DNA of 64,000 nucleotides from Candidatus Latescibacterota bacterium (GCA_965208125.1 OZ242320.1:3744001-3808000); one strand, 5' to 3'; shown: positions 16,612 through 26,493, counted from the first letter of the stretch. Notes: generated from the letters alone by a model not told the origin. Program-made: numbers and translations.

Positions 16612-19281
16612 CTAATAATCGTACGATAGCGAAATATTCCAGCGGCGCGATAGGCCGAGGAATACGCGAGCACTCGCTGCGTCGTGATCGTTGCCGTCAT
16701 TTGCATCGGATACGTAGCGTTCGTCGAGCAAATTGAAGACGTGCAGTTGGAGTTTTACTTTGCCATTGCCAAATGTATTGCCGGGCAAGGTGTAGCCCGC
16801 ATGCAGATTTACCAGATTGTAATTTGGAAGTTTCCAGGACTGTTTTCGGTCGTTGGCATCTGTTCGGTTGGCGGGATCGAATTTGGCGTAGTGATCCATA
16901 AATCGCCGCAGATTCAGCGAGGCGTAGAGGCCGCGTGTGGGAAATACTGTACCGCTCAGCGCAAGGGTTTTTTGCGCCGAGTCACCCACTTTTAGTCCTT
17001 TGGCATAGACTTGAAAGTTGCCGATAACCGATGGGTCTTCTTCAGGGGAAAATGTGACATTGGCATCGTTGAGCCATTCCCAATTGCCCAGCGATAACAT
17101 GCCGCGTACTTCCAGCATGGAATGGGGACGCGCTTTCAGGTCGAACTCTATACCTGTATGCCGCGCGTCAATGCCGTTTAGCAAAAACCGGAAGCTCTGG
17201 TCGAGCTTTGCGCTGTAAATGCTCTTGGGCCACGAGCGGTCTATCCATCTGGTGTAATAGAAATTTGTGTTTGCTGTTACCACACCGCGTTTGAAATACC
17301 CGGTGCCCAACTCAAAGGCGGCGACTTTTTCATTGAACGTGGGGTCGTAGAGGCTGTTGTCGTAATGATAAACGGAGTCGAATTTGGGGGCTGTTGAAAG
17401 CCAGCCCACGTTGGCATACACATTGATTGCGGGGGTTGCATTGTAGTTGCCGCCCACTTTTGCGGTGTAGCCTTTGAAGTTTTCCCAGTCAGTCTGATCC
17501 CATTCGCCATTGACCTTTGCGCGGAAATAGTCGATGCGTTTATAACCTGTTATAGACGCAGATGTGCTCAGAAATGCCGTAAAGTCGTTAAACCGGCCTT
17601 CGAGTTGAGCAAAACCGCCACCCCAGCGCGTGAGACCATCGTTGTGGTAAGAGACTTTGTCACCGAGTCGCTTGACGGAGGTCGTGGCATTTCTGTCCCA
17701 GGGGAAGACGTAATAATCGGCACCGAGCAGATTGCGTACTTCGCGCCAATGCTGCCCTCTGTAATAGCGCAAATCTATGCCAAAGGCCAGCGTGTAGATG
17801 TCGCTCAAATGGTATTCGGCCGTGCTCAAATAACCATACCAGAAGTGTTGGTTGACCGAGTTACGGATAACGGTCCTTGCTGCAATTTCACCGCTGCCCA
17901 CTTCACCTGCGCCCACGAGGTCGGGATGGGCTTCTGACGCTATTTGGGTGTTCAATTCATCGGCAACGCGTTGCCAGTTGATGCTGCCATCGGGCAGTGC
18001 CCTCGGGTTGGTACCCAAACGCCCTGTGCCACCGCCTTTGCCACGCGAGAAATAAAATACATTGGACAGGATGAACTGCTCGTTGGGTGTCCAGTACCAG
18101 TTCAAGTTGATCTGGGGTTTGTGGTAAAAATTCTCGCGTTCCATGATGATTTTGCTATCGCGCGCATCGTGTACCTGACCGTTGTAGTACTCCTGATAAG
18201 ATGAAAATGGCGAGCGTCCCCAGTTGGGGTTGTAATCGATGCCGTAGTTTCTCGCATCCGAAACATCAATGCCCAGGGATCGGGCGTAATCGGCATCAAA
18301 GGTTGCGATGGATTGCTTGTACAGGCGATGCCCGTGGCGTTGCGGAGCGCCTACGACAAACAGGTCAATTTTGTGTGTCTCAGATGCTAAAAAGCTCAGC
18401 GCACCAAAGTAGGACCACGCCGATGTCCAGGCCTGATCGGGCAGGCCATCGCCAGTTTTGCGCGTGAGGCCCAGGGTGAAAGCAGTTTTGCCGTTCATCA
18501 AGCCCGATGAAAAATTGACTGTGGTTTTGTAAAAGGCGTTGTTTCCCGCTTCCTGTTTGATTTTGAATCCGCGCTGTTGACGGGCGATGTCGGTGACAAT
18601 GTTCATGGTGCCCCCCACTGAGGCTATTGCCAGATTTGAGGCACCCAATCCGCGCTGTACCTGGATTGACGATGTGACATCGCTCAGTCCATCCCAGTTG
18701 GACCAATAGACCCAGCCGTTTTCCATATCGTTGACTGGCACGCCGTTGATCATGACGGCGACATTGCGCTGGTCAAATCCCCTCACATTGATGCGAGAAT
18801 CACCAGGGCCTCCACCTTGCTCGGTTGCATAAACACCCGGCGTATCATTCAAAATCATCGGAAGATCGCGTGAGCCGAGTTTGCGCTCCATATCGGCTTT
18901 TGGTACGTCTGAGAAGGCAACGGGTGTTTCGCGCAATTTGGCGCGATCGGCAACGACGGTGACTTCTTTGCCTCGAAATGCTTCGGGCATGAGTTCTACA
19001 AATAACTCGGCAGCATCTGGTTCTACAACGACGGTGCTGCGATATTCTTTATATCCTACAAAACTTATGACGAGTGTATAGCTGCCTTCGCCGACTCTGC
19101 TGATCTCAAATTGTCCATCGAGATCAGCAGTAGTTCCTCGCCCAACACCTTCTAAATACACGTTTGCGCCCGGCAGGGCTTCACCGGTTTCAGCATCGCG
19201 TACTTTGCCTTTTAATTCGGCGGCAGACAAGGTTGAATAGGTCAGGAAGAATAGAGCCAAAAACATAATCAGTTGCTTCAT
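16612..19281 (-). CDS. TonB-dependent receptor with N-terminal carboxypeptidase-regulatory-like domain
   Basis: Signal peptide; 'G.V.DAETGEALPGANV'; plug 'RINVRGFDQRNVAVMINGVPVND'; C-terminal 'VFNLLDERY...R.WNISLSYDY'. Confidence 0.92.
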   Translation of the reverse strand: MKQLIMFLALFFLTYSTLSAAELKGKVRDAETGEALPGANVYLEGVGRGTTADLDGQFEISRVGEGSYTLVISFVGYKEYRSTVVVEPDAAELFVELMPEAFRGKEVTVVADRAKLRETPVAFSDVPKADMERKLGSRDLPMILNDTPGVYATEQGGGPGDSRINVRGFDQRNVAVMINGVPVNDMENGWVYWSNWDGLSDVTSSIQVQRGLGASNLAIASVGGTMNIVTDIARQQRGFKIKQEAGNNAFYKTTVNFSSGLMNGKTAFTLGLTRKTGDGLPDQAWTSAWSYFGALSFLASETHKIDLFVVGAPQRHGHRLYKQSIATFDADYARSLGIDVSDARNYGIDYNPNWGRSPFSSYQEYYNGQVHDARDSKIIMERENFYHKPQINLNWYWTPNEQFILSNVFYFSRGKGGGTGRLGTNPRALPDGSINWQRVADELNTQIASEAHPDLVGAGEVGSGEIAARTVIRNSVNQHFWYGYLSTAEYHLSDIYTLAFGIDLRYYRGQHWREVRNLLGADYYVFPWDRNATTSVKRLGDKVSYHNDGLTRWGGGFAQLEGRFNDFTAFLSTSASITGYKRIDYFRAKVNGEWDQTDWENFKGYTAKVGGNYNATPAINVYANVGWLSTAPKFDSVYHYDNSLYDPTFNEKVAAFELGTGYFKRGVVTANTNFYYTRWIDRSWPKSIYSAKLDQSFRFLLNGIDARHTGIEFDLKARPHSMLEVRGMLSLGNWEWLNDANVTFSPEEDPSVIGNFQVYAKGLKVGDSAQKTLALSGTVFPTRGLYASLNLRRFMDHYAKFDPANRTDANDRKQSWKLPNYNLVNLHAGYTLPGNTFGNGKVKLQLHVFNLLDERYVSDANDGNDHDAASARVFLGLSRRWNISLSYDY

Positions 19282-19410
19282 AATGTACCTCCTTAAAAAA
19301 TGGGACACATAGGCTATGTGCGGTGTATTAGACGATGTTGTTGTGCTAATATATACAATCTTCTATTGGCAACAAGTGCGATTTGGTAAAACAGCGCTAC
19401 AATGAGATAC

Positions 19411-19440
19411 GGCCTGCGTTGGCAATGCGCAGGCCGTTTT
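19411..19440. repeat. 30-bp hairpin repeat, copy 1 (possible terminator)
   Basis: GGCCTGCGTTGGCAATGCGCAGGCCGTTTT; copy 2 at 23940-23969 has 4 mismatches. Confidence 0.7.
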
Positions 19441-19443
19441 ATT

Positions 19444-20343
19444 TTACCATTCGCGATCTGGTACTTTCCAATTGGCGTACCAGACAGAGTTTTCTGGGAG
19501 CGTGGCGTCGTCTGACCAGGCTGTTTGCATGGTGAGGAAGTTGGGCAGTTCGGGGCAGATAACGGTTTCCCATATATGTTCGACCTGGTCAAAGGTGCGT
19601 AGTTTTTGCGTGGGTTTTTCCGATTCATACGCGGCGAGCAGTTCTCTAACTTTGTTGCCGAGCCACTCGATTTCGTCATTGACCATACGTTCTCCAATTT
19701 GGCGATTGGATTCGCGGGCGTTTTTGCCCATGGCAAAGTGCGGACCGGGATCGCTTTCGGGTGGTAAACGGGAGATATCGACACAGTCGGGTTCAATGGC
19801 CCATAGAAGTGAGGTTTCGACTTTTCCCGCGTGGTCGCCGCCGCTGTTGTTGTCATTGTCAAAGCCGGGTTGGTTGGCTTCAAAATCGGGCAGGCTATAA
19901 AGGCGCGTGCCCACATGGGGTTGGATGAGTTCACAAAGGGTTTTCAGATCTTGCCAGTTGGGGCCGTAGTGCCCGGTAAGAAAGATGGCCGCGTGAAAGC
20001 CAAGGGTGTCGGCCTGGCGGATGTGATAGCAGATGTTTTTGAAGTGTTGCCAGGGCGGCATGCAGGTTAGCCAGGATCGTTCGGGTTGGCCGACTGCGCG
20101 TTCCGACCAGAGGGCATAGCCCCCAATTTCGTGGATATGCCAGTAGTCGGGCGGGGCGACAATGCCGCCGTGTTTGTGCGCGGTGCGAACGGCAATGCCG
20201 TGGGCTTTGAGAGCGTCGAGTCCCACGGCATTTTGTGGGCCGTGTGGTTCGCACAGGCCATAGGGGAAATAGACGACTGGACAGGTTTTGAATGCAGCTT
20301 CGAGTTCATCGGGGAACATGCGCTCCCAGCGTACGTCTCTCAC
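19444..20343 (-). CDS. Creatininase/creatinine amidohydrolase family protein
   Basis: 'G.CEPHG....GLD', 'GHYG.N', 'DHAG..ETS'; GTG start 20343 after AAGGAG. Confidence 0.85.
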   Translation of the reverse strand: MRDVRWERMFPDELEAAFKTCPVVYFPYGLCEPHGPQNAVGLDALKAHGIAVRTAHKHGGIVAPPDYWHIHEIGGYALWSERAVGQPERSWLTCMPPWQHFKNICYHIRQADTLGFHAAIFLTGHYGPNWQDLKTLCELIQPHVGTRLYSLPDFEANQPGFDNDNNSGGDHAGKVETSLLWAIEPDCVDISRLPPESDPGPHFAMGKNARESNRQIGERMVNDEIEWLGNKVRELLAAYESEKPTQKLRTFDQVEHIWETVICPELPNFLTMQTAWSDDATLPENSVWYANWKVPDREW

Positions 20344-20387
20344 GGCGGAGTACTCCTTTTGAAAAATTGGTTTGTTGCAAAATGAAG

Positions 20388-22751
20388 CTACGATTCCAAA
20401 TCGTGGTGCAGTTTTAGTTGGGCGATAAATTCTGGTGTGAGTGTGGTTCCCGAGTTTTTGAGATGGTCTATGACATCGTTGCCAAGTGCTGTGTTGAGAT
20501 GGTAGTGCTGTACAGATTCGTTGATTTGGATGAAGCCCATGTGGTTCATCAGATCCGGGTTCATTGTGCCGTTGACGATGGGTGCGTGGAGAGTGCAGTT
20601 GGTGAAGCGCGTGCCCAACGTGCTTTGCAAAATAAAAAATCGCTCTGGTACTTTTTTTACGTCGGGTTGGAGACTGCACTCGGTAAATACGAGTTCGCCA
20701 CGCAAATTAGGTGCGGTTATGGTGTTCAGGCTGCACCGTTCAAAAGTCGCACTGGCAATGCAGTTGCCCAGGTATGCGCTGATATTTTCACAGTCGGTAA
20801 ATCGCATTTTGGGATAGAGGGCGAGTTTATCGGCATAATCAACCGCCGATTCTCCACCGATCAGGATATGCACCTGTTCATCATCGTCGGCAATTTCCTG
20901 AGTGAATTTTTCGAGTTGTATATTGTCGCAGATGAGGGTGCTGTTGGCGTGGAGTTGCGTGCCATCGTAGCCGCCATTGCGGCGCAGGTCGTAGTATTGG
21001 GGATTGGGTATGCGGATGAGACGAACGCCCTGTTTTCTGCCTTCGACAGTGATGTTTCGAAATTCAATGCGATGGGGAAAGAAGAGGCGGGTATTGTTTT
21101 TGGTTTTGGAAAAGGGAACAGTGTCCATTAGCCAGCACGGTGCATTCGATTTGGGTGCTGCGCTGTAATCGATGAGCAGATCTTCGATGGTGACGGTGCG
21201 TGCAAAGCCGATGGGATACTGGTAATCGAAATCGGCTGGGCGACAGGATAGGACAGAAACGCGGCCATTGCTACTGGGCATTAACCGGCAACCGCGGATG
21301 CGTATGTGCCCGTCCCATTTGGCCCCATAATCGCGTCTGAAATTGACGAATTGGTTGCCGTGGCGCGTGGTGTTTTCGATCACCAATTCACCGCCGCCTG
21401 TCAGGGCGATGCCTTTGAAGCCAATGGTGCAGTTGCTGATGTAGAGGTTCCAGCAGTGAAAATGCACATCGATGCGATTGAGACGGCAGTTTTCAACGCG
21501 GAAGTTTTTGTTGAGGTTGGTGCCAAAAACACCCCAGGCAACCCAGCCGCCTTCTGCTGTGATATTGCGAAAGGTGCAATTGAGCATCCGGGCGCCCCCA
21601 ATGCCATAGGTGCCCGCACCGATCACTTTGTCTTTTTCTTCGCGATTTTTTTCCCAGGGCATTGCGCGGATATTTTCCAGTGTGACGTCGTAAACACCGC
21701 TGAATACGTAAAAGCCACGACGGGGGTGCATGGAGATATCGCGTTTCCCCTTTTCCAGGCCCATCCATTGTTCGCGGATGATGGTTCGGCTGCGCCGTAT
21801 GGAGATGCCGTGATGGTGATACCTCCAGGAGTTACCGCTACCACTGTCGCCCGAAAAGTAAAATCCACCGCCTTCGACGATGAGGTAATTGTCGTTGCAG
21901 GGTATGGCGGTGATGTCGGTGAAGTTTTTGAATTCCCAGGCTATATCGCCAATGATGCGGCCCTCTTCTTCAACATAGAATAGTTCTTCGCGTGCCCATC
22001 CCGCCTTTGAATAATTGCCTTCCCGAATACCAATGCGATCATCATCATCTTCGGCGATGATGAGATGTCCCGCATATAGTGCCAGTTCGGGAATGAGTTG
22101 CACGCCGGGTTTTAGTTTTTCCAATAAAGCCGCTTTGATGGTTTCGTCTCGCGTGAGTTTTTTGGAGGGGTGATCGTTGAGAATTTCAAAGCGCGGCTCC
22201 CTTTGGCTGTTGTACTGTTCATCAATGTGAAAAGTGGTTTGCCCCCAGGAGACGTTGGTTTTGATGGGTATGTCATTGGTTTGCAAGATCCAATATTCGC
22301 CGCTTAAATTCACAATTGGGACTTTGTGTGTGTTGGCGTATTTATGTGCCAGGGTGATTTGAACACCGTCGTCGTTTTTACCGTCGCCAATCGCGCCAAA
22401 CATTTTGTAATTCACGGCTTCGTTTTCGTGCAAGATGGCGACTGTGCCATTGTCCAATGCGATGATGTCGGCATCATTTGGCTGGCTATTTGCATCTGTT
22501 TTTTCGATGTGATACAGGGCTGCGCCTCCGTCGCCGGGAGTGTAAAAACCCACAGTTTCTACCCAGTCGCCTTCGCGGGTTTCGGACGAGGATTTCATAG
22601 CTTGAATGGTGGCGTAGCGCGTTATGGTTGCATTGTTTGTTGTGTTCACGGCGATCTCCTGAGACAATGCACGCTGTGTAAGGACAATGCCACTGATACC
22701 AATGCCAGCGATTGCTTTGCGTCTGGATAATTTATTTGGTTGTTTGGACAT
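20388..22751 (-). CDS. Tat-exported right-handed beta-helix (pectate-lyase-3/tailspike-like) protein
   Basis: 'SRRKAI' twin-Arg; 'TVGFYTPGDGGAALY' and 'FGAIGDGKNDD' motifs; Asn/Cys ladder repeats (ENCRL, SNCTI, TNCTL). Confidence 0.7.
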   Translation of the reverse strand: MSKQPNKLSRRKAIAGIGISGIVLTQRALSQEIAVNTTNNATITRYATIQAMKSSSETREGDWVETVGFYTPGDGGAALYHIEKTDANSQPNDADIIALDNGTVAILHENEAVNYKMFGAIGDGKNDDGVQITLAHKYANTHKVPIVNLSGEYWILQTNDIPIKTNVSWGQTTFHIDEQYNSQREPRFEILNDHPSKKLTRDETIKAALLEKLKPGVQLIPELALYAGHLIIAEDDDDRIGIREGNYSKAGWAREELFYVEEEGRIIGDIAWEFKNFTDITAIPCNDNYLIVEGGGFYFSGDSGSGNSWRYHHHGISIRRSRTIIREQWMGLEKGKRDISMHPRRGFYVFSGVYDVTLENIRAMPWEKNREEKDKVIGAGTYGIGGARMLNCTFRNITAEGGWVAWGVFGTNLNKNFRVENCRLNRIDVHFHCWNLYISNCTIGFKGIALTGGGELVIENTTRHGNQFVNFRRDYGAKWDGHIRIRGCRLMPSSNGRVSVLSCRPADFDYQYPIGFARTVTIEDLLIDYSAAPKSNAPCWLMDTVPFSKTKNNTRLFFPHRIEFRNITVEGRKQGVRLIRIPNPQYYDLRRNGGYDGTQLHANSTLICDNIQLEKFTQEIADDDEQVHILIGGESAVDYADKLALYPKMRFTDCENISAYLGNCIASATFERCSLNTITAPNLRGELVFTECSLQPDVKKVPERFFILQSTLGTRFTNCTLHAPIVNGTMNPDLMNHMGFIQINESVQHYHLNTALGNDVIDHLKNSGTTLTPEFIAQLKLHHDLES

Positions 22752-22774
22752 GACTTTTTTTGAATATCAAATTT

Positions 22775-23821
22775 CTACTGTACTTTTCCGCGACCTGCAA
22801 CTTTCCATATATGTTCTACATTGCCATTTCGCACGGCATAGACTTCGTCGTGGAGGTTGGTGGTCATGCCCTGGTGCAGGGGGATGACAGAGAGGCGGTC
22901 GCCTACGGTGAAGGTGTGGTTGCATTCTGAGACATCTATGTGACCGTGTTCGACGGACATGCCGTAGATTTTGGCATTGGGGTGTTCAACGATGTGTCCA
23001 TAAGGGGTGGGGGCATAACTGGTGAATGTTTTTTGGCCGCCATCGATGATGACGCGGTCGGGTGTGGGTGTGCTGACGATGGTGACTATCATGCGTTCGG
23101 CACAGGTGATGGGGTTGGGAGGGTTGTGTTCGCGGTTGATGCGGCGCAGGCCCTCAAAGACGTAGGAACCAATGCGGGTCTCGGTGCAGCCAATGGCTTT
23201 GGAAACTTCGGCAGTGCCCGTGCCACCTCCGCTGATGGTGTTGAGTGCGATGCCCGCGTTTTGAAGCAGGTCGCGCGTTTGGTCGATGAAGGCTTTGGCG
23301 CGTTCGTTGCTGGGATAGGTCATGATGCCCTGGAACTGAAGGCCGGGCATGGTTGTAATTTTTTGCGCGAGTTCAAGCGCGGCTTTGGGCGATTGTACGC
23401 CGCAGCGATTGCCACCGGTGTCGCATTCGATTAGGATGTTGATGGTAACATCGTTTTTTGTTGCACCATCGGATAGACCGCGCGCGGTGATTTCCGAATC
23501 GACAGCGACGGTCATGGTTGCGCTTTTGCACAGTTCGGCAAGGCGTTTGACTTTGATGGGTCCTACAATATTATAGGGGATGAGGATGTCGGGAATACCG
23601 ACTTCAACCATAGCTTCGGCTTCGCCTACTTTCTGGCAGACAATGCCAATGGCTCCCGCAGCGAGTTGCATTCTGGCGATTTCGGGGATTTTGTGCGTTT
23701 TGGTGTGTACGCGTAGCGGAATGTCGAATTTGTCGCATGCCTCTTGCGTTTCTCGAATATTTTTTTCGAGGACATCGAGGTCGATGGTGAGCGCTGGTGT
23801 GTCGAGGTCGTGTATGGTCAT
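22775..23821 (-). CDS. D-threonine aldolase/DSD1-type PLP enzyme (alanine racemase fold)
   Basis: 'LDTPALTIDLD', PLP Lys in 'RVHTKTHK', 'GG.RCGV', 'SGGGT', 'SVEHG'. Confidence 0.9.
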   Translation of the reverse strand: MTIHDLDTPALTIDLDVLEKNIRETQEACDKFDIPLRVHTKTHKIPEIARMQLAAGAIGIVCQKVGEAEAMVEVGIPDILIPYNIVGPIKVKRLAELCKSATMTVAVDSEITARGLSDGATKNDVTINILIECDTGGNRCGVQSPKAALELAQKITTMPGLQFQGIMTYPSNERAKAFIDQTRDLLQNAGIALNTISGGGTGTAEVSKAIGCTETRIGSYVFEGLRRINREHNPPNPITCAERMIVTIVSTPTPDRVIIDGGQKTFTSYAPTPYGHIVEHPNAKIYGMSVEHGHIDVSECNHTFTVGDRLSVIPLHQGMTTNLHDEVYAVRNGNVEHIWKVAGRGKVQ

Positions 23822-23939
23822 GGCAATATCTGTTATTAAAAGGTGAGAGATGGTGCTGTGCGGGGATAGGCAATGTACGTTGGTCAGGGAAGGACGTCAA
23901 GCGGTTGTAAATATGTTTAATCTTACCTATAGCGAAAAA

Positions 23940-23969
23940 GGTCTGCGTTGACAATGTGCAGGTCGTTTT
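23940..23969. repeat. 30-bp hairpin repeat, copy 2
   Basis: GGTCTGCGTTGACAATGTGCAGGTCGTTTT; 26/30 identical to 19411-19440; contains TTGACA. Confidence 0.7.
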
Positions 23970-23988
23970 GTTATTTGAGAGGAGGTCT

Positions 23989-24077
23989 CACACAGAGACA
24001 CAAAGACACAAGGGGTTAGGTGGTCGGGCGGGCTGATAGCTGACTGCTGACCGCTTGGGGGGTTGGGGCTGAATGCT
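23989..24077. repeat. Short tandem repeats (8-mer CACAGAGA-type and 7-mer GCTGANN-type)
   Basis: CACAGAGA-CACAAAGA-CACAAG then GCTGATA-GCTGACT-GCTGACC-GCT and GCTGAAT-GCT. Confidence 0.7.
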
Positions 24078-24097
24078 AATTTAACTGAGGAGGCAAA

Positions 24098-25177
24098 ATG
24101 GCAGATAAATTGAAGGTGGGTATTGTCGGGGTGGGAGGTATTGCGCGGACGCACATTCCGGGTTGGCAAGCTTCAGAACACGCCGAATTGGTGGCCGGAA
24201 GCGATATTAGCGAAGATGTGTTGAATACATGGGGTGAACAATACGGTATCAAAAAACTGTATGTGAATCCTGAAGATTTATTTGCCGATCCAGAGATCGA
24301 TATTGTGGATGTGTGTACACCAAATAATTATCACGCGCCTTTATCCATCGGTGCGCTGGATGCGGGTAAACATGTGATTTGCGAAAAGCCACTGGCACCC
24401 AGCCCCCAATTGGTGAAAGATATGATTGCAGCGCGCGACCGGTCGGGCAAGTTGTTGATGTGCGCGCAGTCGTCGCGGTTTTCCGGGTCATCTCTGGCGA
24501 TGAAGAAGGAATTGGAAACGGGGGTTTTGGGCAATGTGTATCACGCGCGATGCTGGATGTTGCGGCGGTCGGGTGTGCCCGCGCGACCAGGTTTTATTAT
24601 GAAAAAGCACAGTGGTGGCGGGCCTTGTATTGATATTGGTGTTCACGTTTTGGATTTGACTTTGTGGTTGATGGGCAATCCCAATCCCGTAGCTGTAACA
24701 GGTGTGGCGAAGGCGGAGTTGGCACATCAGGAGGGTGCGTTCAGTACGATGGGGCGCAGTGGTGGTGCGATTCCCAAAGAATTTGACGTGGAAGATTTTG
24801 CAGCGGCTTTTGTGCGGTTTGAAAGTGGGGCTTCGCTTATTCTGGAGACGAGTTGGATGTTGCATCAGGGTCCCCCGTCAGAACGGCAGATATGGCTTTA
24901 CGGTACGAAGGGCGGGGCACACTTGCCGAGTTGTGAGATTTATTATTCGGATTCCAAGACACAGCAACATCAGAAATACGCATTGCAAGATACGGGAGAT
25001 ATCGCCAAAGCGCACGCGCTGGAATGCATGACGTTTGCCAGGGCGATAGCAGAGGGTAAACCGTCACCAGTACCGGTCGAGCAGTCGCTTCAGGTGATGG
25101 CGATTTTGGATGGGATTTATCGCAGTGAGGAGGAAGGGTGTGAGGTGGATATAGCGGGAGATGCAACCGTTGATTAA
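24098..25177 (+). CDS. Gfo/Idh/MocA family oxidoreductase
   Basis: 'KVGIVGVGGIA', 'GKHVICEKP', 'GGGPCIDIGVH.LD'. Confidence 0.93.
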   Translation: MADKLKVGIVGVGGIARTHIPGWQASEHAELVAGSDISEDVLNTWGEQYGIKKLYVNPEDLFADPEIDIVDVCTPNNYHAPLSIGALDAGKHVICEKPLAPSPQLVKDMIAARDRSGKLLMCAQSSRFSGSSLAMKKELETGVLGNVYHARCWMLRRSGVPARPGFIMKKHSGGGPCIDIGVHVLDLTLWLMGNPNPVAVTGVAKAELAHQEGAFSTMGRSGGAIPKEFDVEDFAAAFVRFESGASLILETSWMLHQGPPSERQIWLYGTKGGAHLPSCEIYYSDSKTQQHQKYALQDTGDIAKAHALECMTFARAIAEGKPSPVPVEQSLQVMAILDGIYRSEEEGCEVDIAGDATVD

Positions 25178-26493
25178 TAAACTTTATCGTCTTTGTTTTT
25201 CTTTTTAAGGGTATTTTCCCAACGGCGTTCGGGGGATTGGGGTGCGCGATCGATGAGTTTGTTGGGTTTGCCCATCTGTTTTACCAGATCAAAGGCATCG
25301 TAGAGTTCGCCTACAGCGGTCATTGCGCGGTAGCTCAGGGTGTCGTCTGAGACAGTGATGATTTGATAAAGCTGTGTGTTTTCCCCACCGCGCGTCATCC
25401 AGCGATCTTTTCTGAGTTTGAGTTGTTTGGGGCCGCTGACTGATACGACGTACACTGTGCCTTTGGTTGAGTCGCGCACGGTTACGCCGCTGCCGATATT
25501 GTGTCCTCTGGCATACGTATGGTTGTGACCTTGAAGTACCAGATCGACTGCGTATTTGTCAAAGAGAGGTTTCCACGCTTCGCGCTGGTCTTTATTCGCG
25601 AGGCCCTGGGTTGCGGAATAGATGGGATGATGGAATGTGACAAAGGTCCATTCATTGGGATTGTTTTTAAGTATTTTTTCCAACCAGGGCACCTGTTCTT
25701 TGTAGCGTTCATTGGAATTGAGCGAGATAATGCGTGCGCCCTGATAGTCTGTGTAATAGGTGGTTTCCGCAAAGCCTTCGGGACCATTTTCAGGCAGGGT
25801 GAATTGCGGACGCCATAGGACAGATAGACGGCGTTTGCTCACATCTTGATAGTTAGAGTATTCGTTATTCCCCGGCGTAGAAATGCTGGGGATTTTTGCA
25901 TGGATCCAACTGCCAGATTCAAACCATTCATGCCAGTCGCTGTCTTTGTTGGGATAATCAACGAGGTCGCCTGCGTGGATGATAAAATCGGCGTGGGGCG
26001 CGTCGAGTACGGCGGTTCGAATAGTGCGTGCCCACAGGGATAGCAGGTTGTTTTGTGCATCGCCAAGGTAGATGAAAGTGAATTCATCTGGTTCGGCTGA
26101 AGCCGTGCGAAATTGATACCAGGAACTCCAGATATCGCCACTGCCCACGCGATAGGCATAGAGGGTGTTGGGTTTGAGACCCTTGAATGTGACCGAATGG
26201 AAATGGGCGACAAGTCTGTTGCGTTTCCATTTTTCAGTGTGAGCGTTTTCGCGCTTAGCCCATGTGGTAAAATTGGCCGAGGCATTGGCTTCTGCGATCT
26301 GGCCTTCGGCTTGTGTGATGCTCGTGTCGGTGCGCCATGTGACCGATGCCGTGGTGGTGGGATCTTCCGACCAGGTGAGTACTATGCGGTCGGGGATTTT
26401 TTGGGGAGCGCGATCTACGGCTGCACGGTGATATTCATTTGCATAAGCCGGGGCTGTGAATAGGAGCAGAAGGGTGAGAGAAATCAGGCGCAT
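25174..26493 (-). CDS. Secreted metallophosphoesterase (purple acid phosphatase-like), tandem copy A; variant GNNE
   Basis: Signal peptide, FN3-like N-domain 'GLKPNTLYAYRVGSG', GDAQ, HAGDLV, GNNE, FHHP, GHNH. Confidence 0.88.
   Translation of the reverse strand: MRLISLTLLLLFTAPAYANEYHRAAVDRAPQKIPDRIVLTWSEDPTTTASVTWRTDTSITQAEGQIAEANASANFTTWAKRENAHTEKWKRNRLVAHFHSVTFKGLKPNTLYAYRVGSGDIWSSWYQFRTASAEPDEFTFIYLGDAQNNLLSLWARTIRTAVLDAPHADFIIHAGDLVDYPNKDSDWHEWFESGSWIHAKIPSISTPGNNEYSNYQDVSKRRLSVLWRPQFTLPENGPEGFAETTYYTDYQGARIISLNSNERYKEQVPWLEKILKNNPNEWTFVTFHHPIYSATQGLANKDQREAWKPLFDKYAVDLVLQGHNHTYARGHNIGSGVTVRDSTKGTVYVVSVSGPKQLKLRKDRWMTRGGENTQLYQIITVSDDTLSYRAMTAVGELYDAFDLVKQMGKPNKLIDRAPQSPERRWENTLKKKNKDDKVY

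Noticed and set aside
19282-19410. Cobalamin or TPP riboswitch ahead of the TonB receptor
   Set aside because: Short AT-rich spacer with none of the conserved riboswitch core motifs visible
20388-22751. Prophage tail region
   Set aside because: No other phage genes, and the protein has a Tat signal
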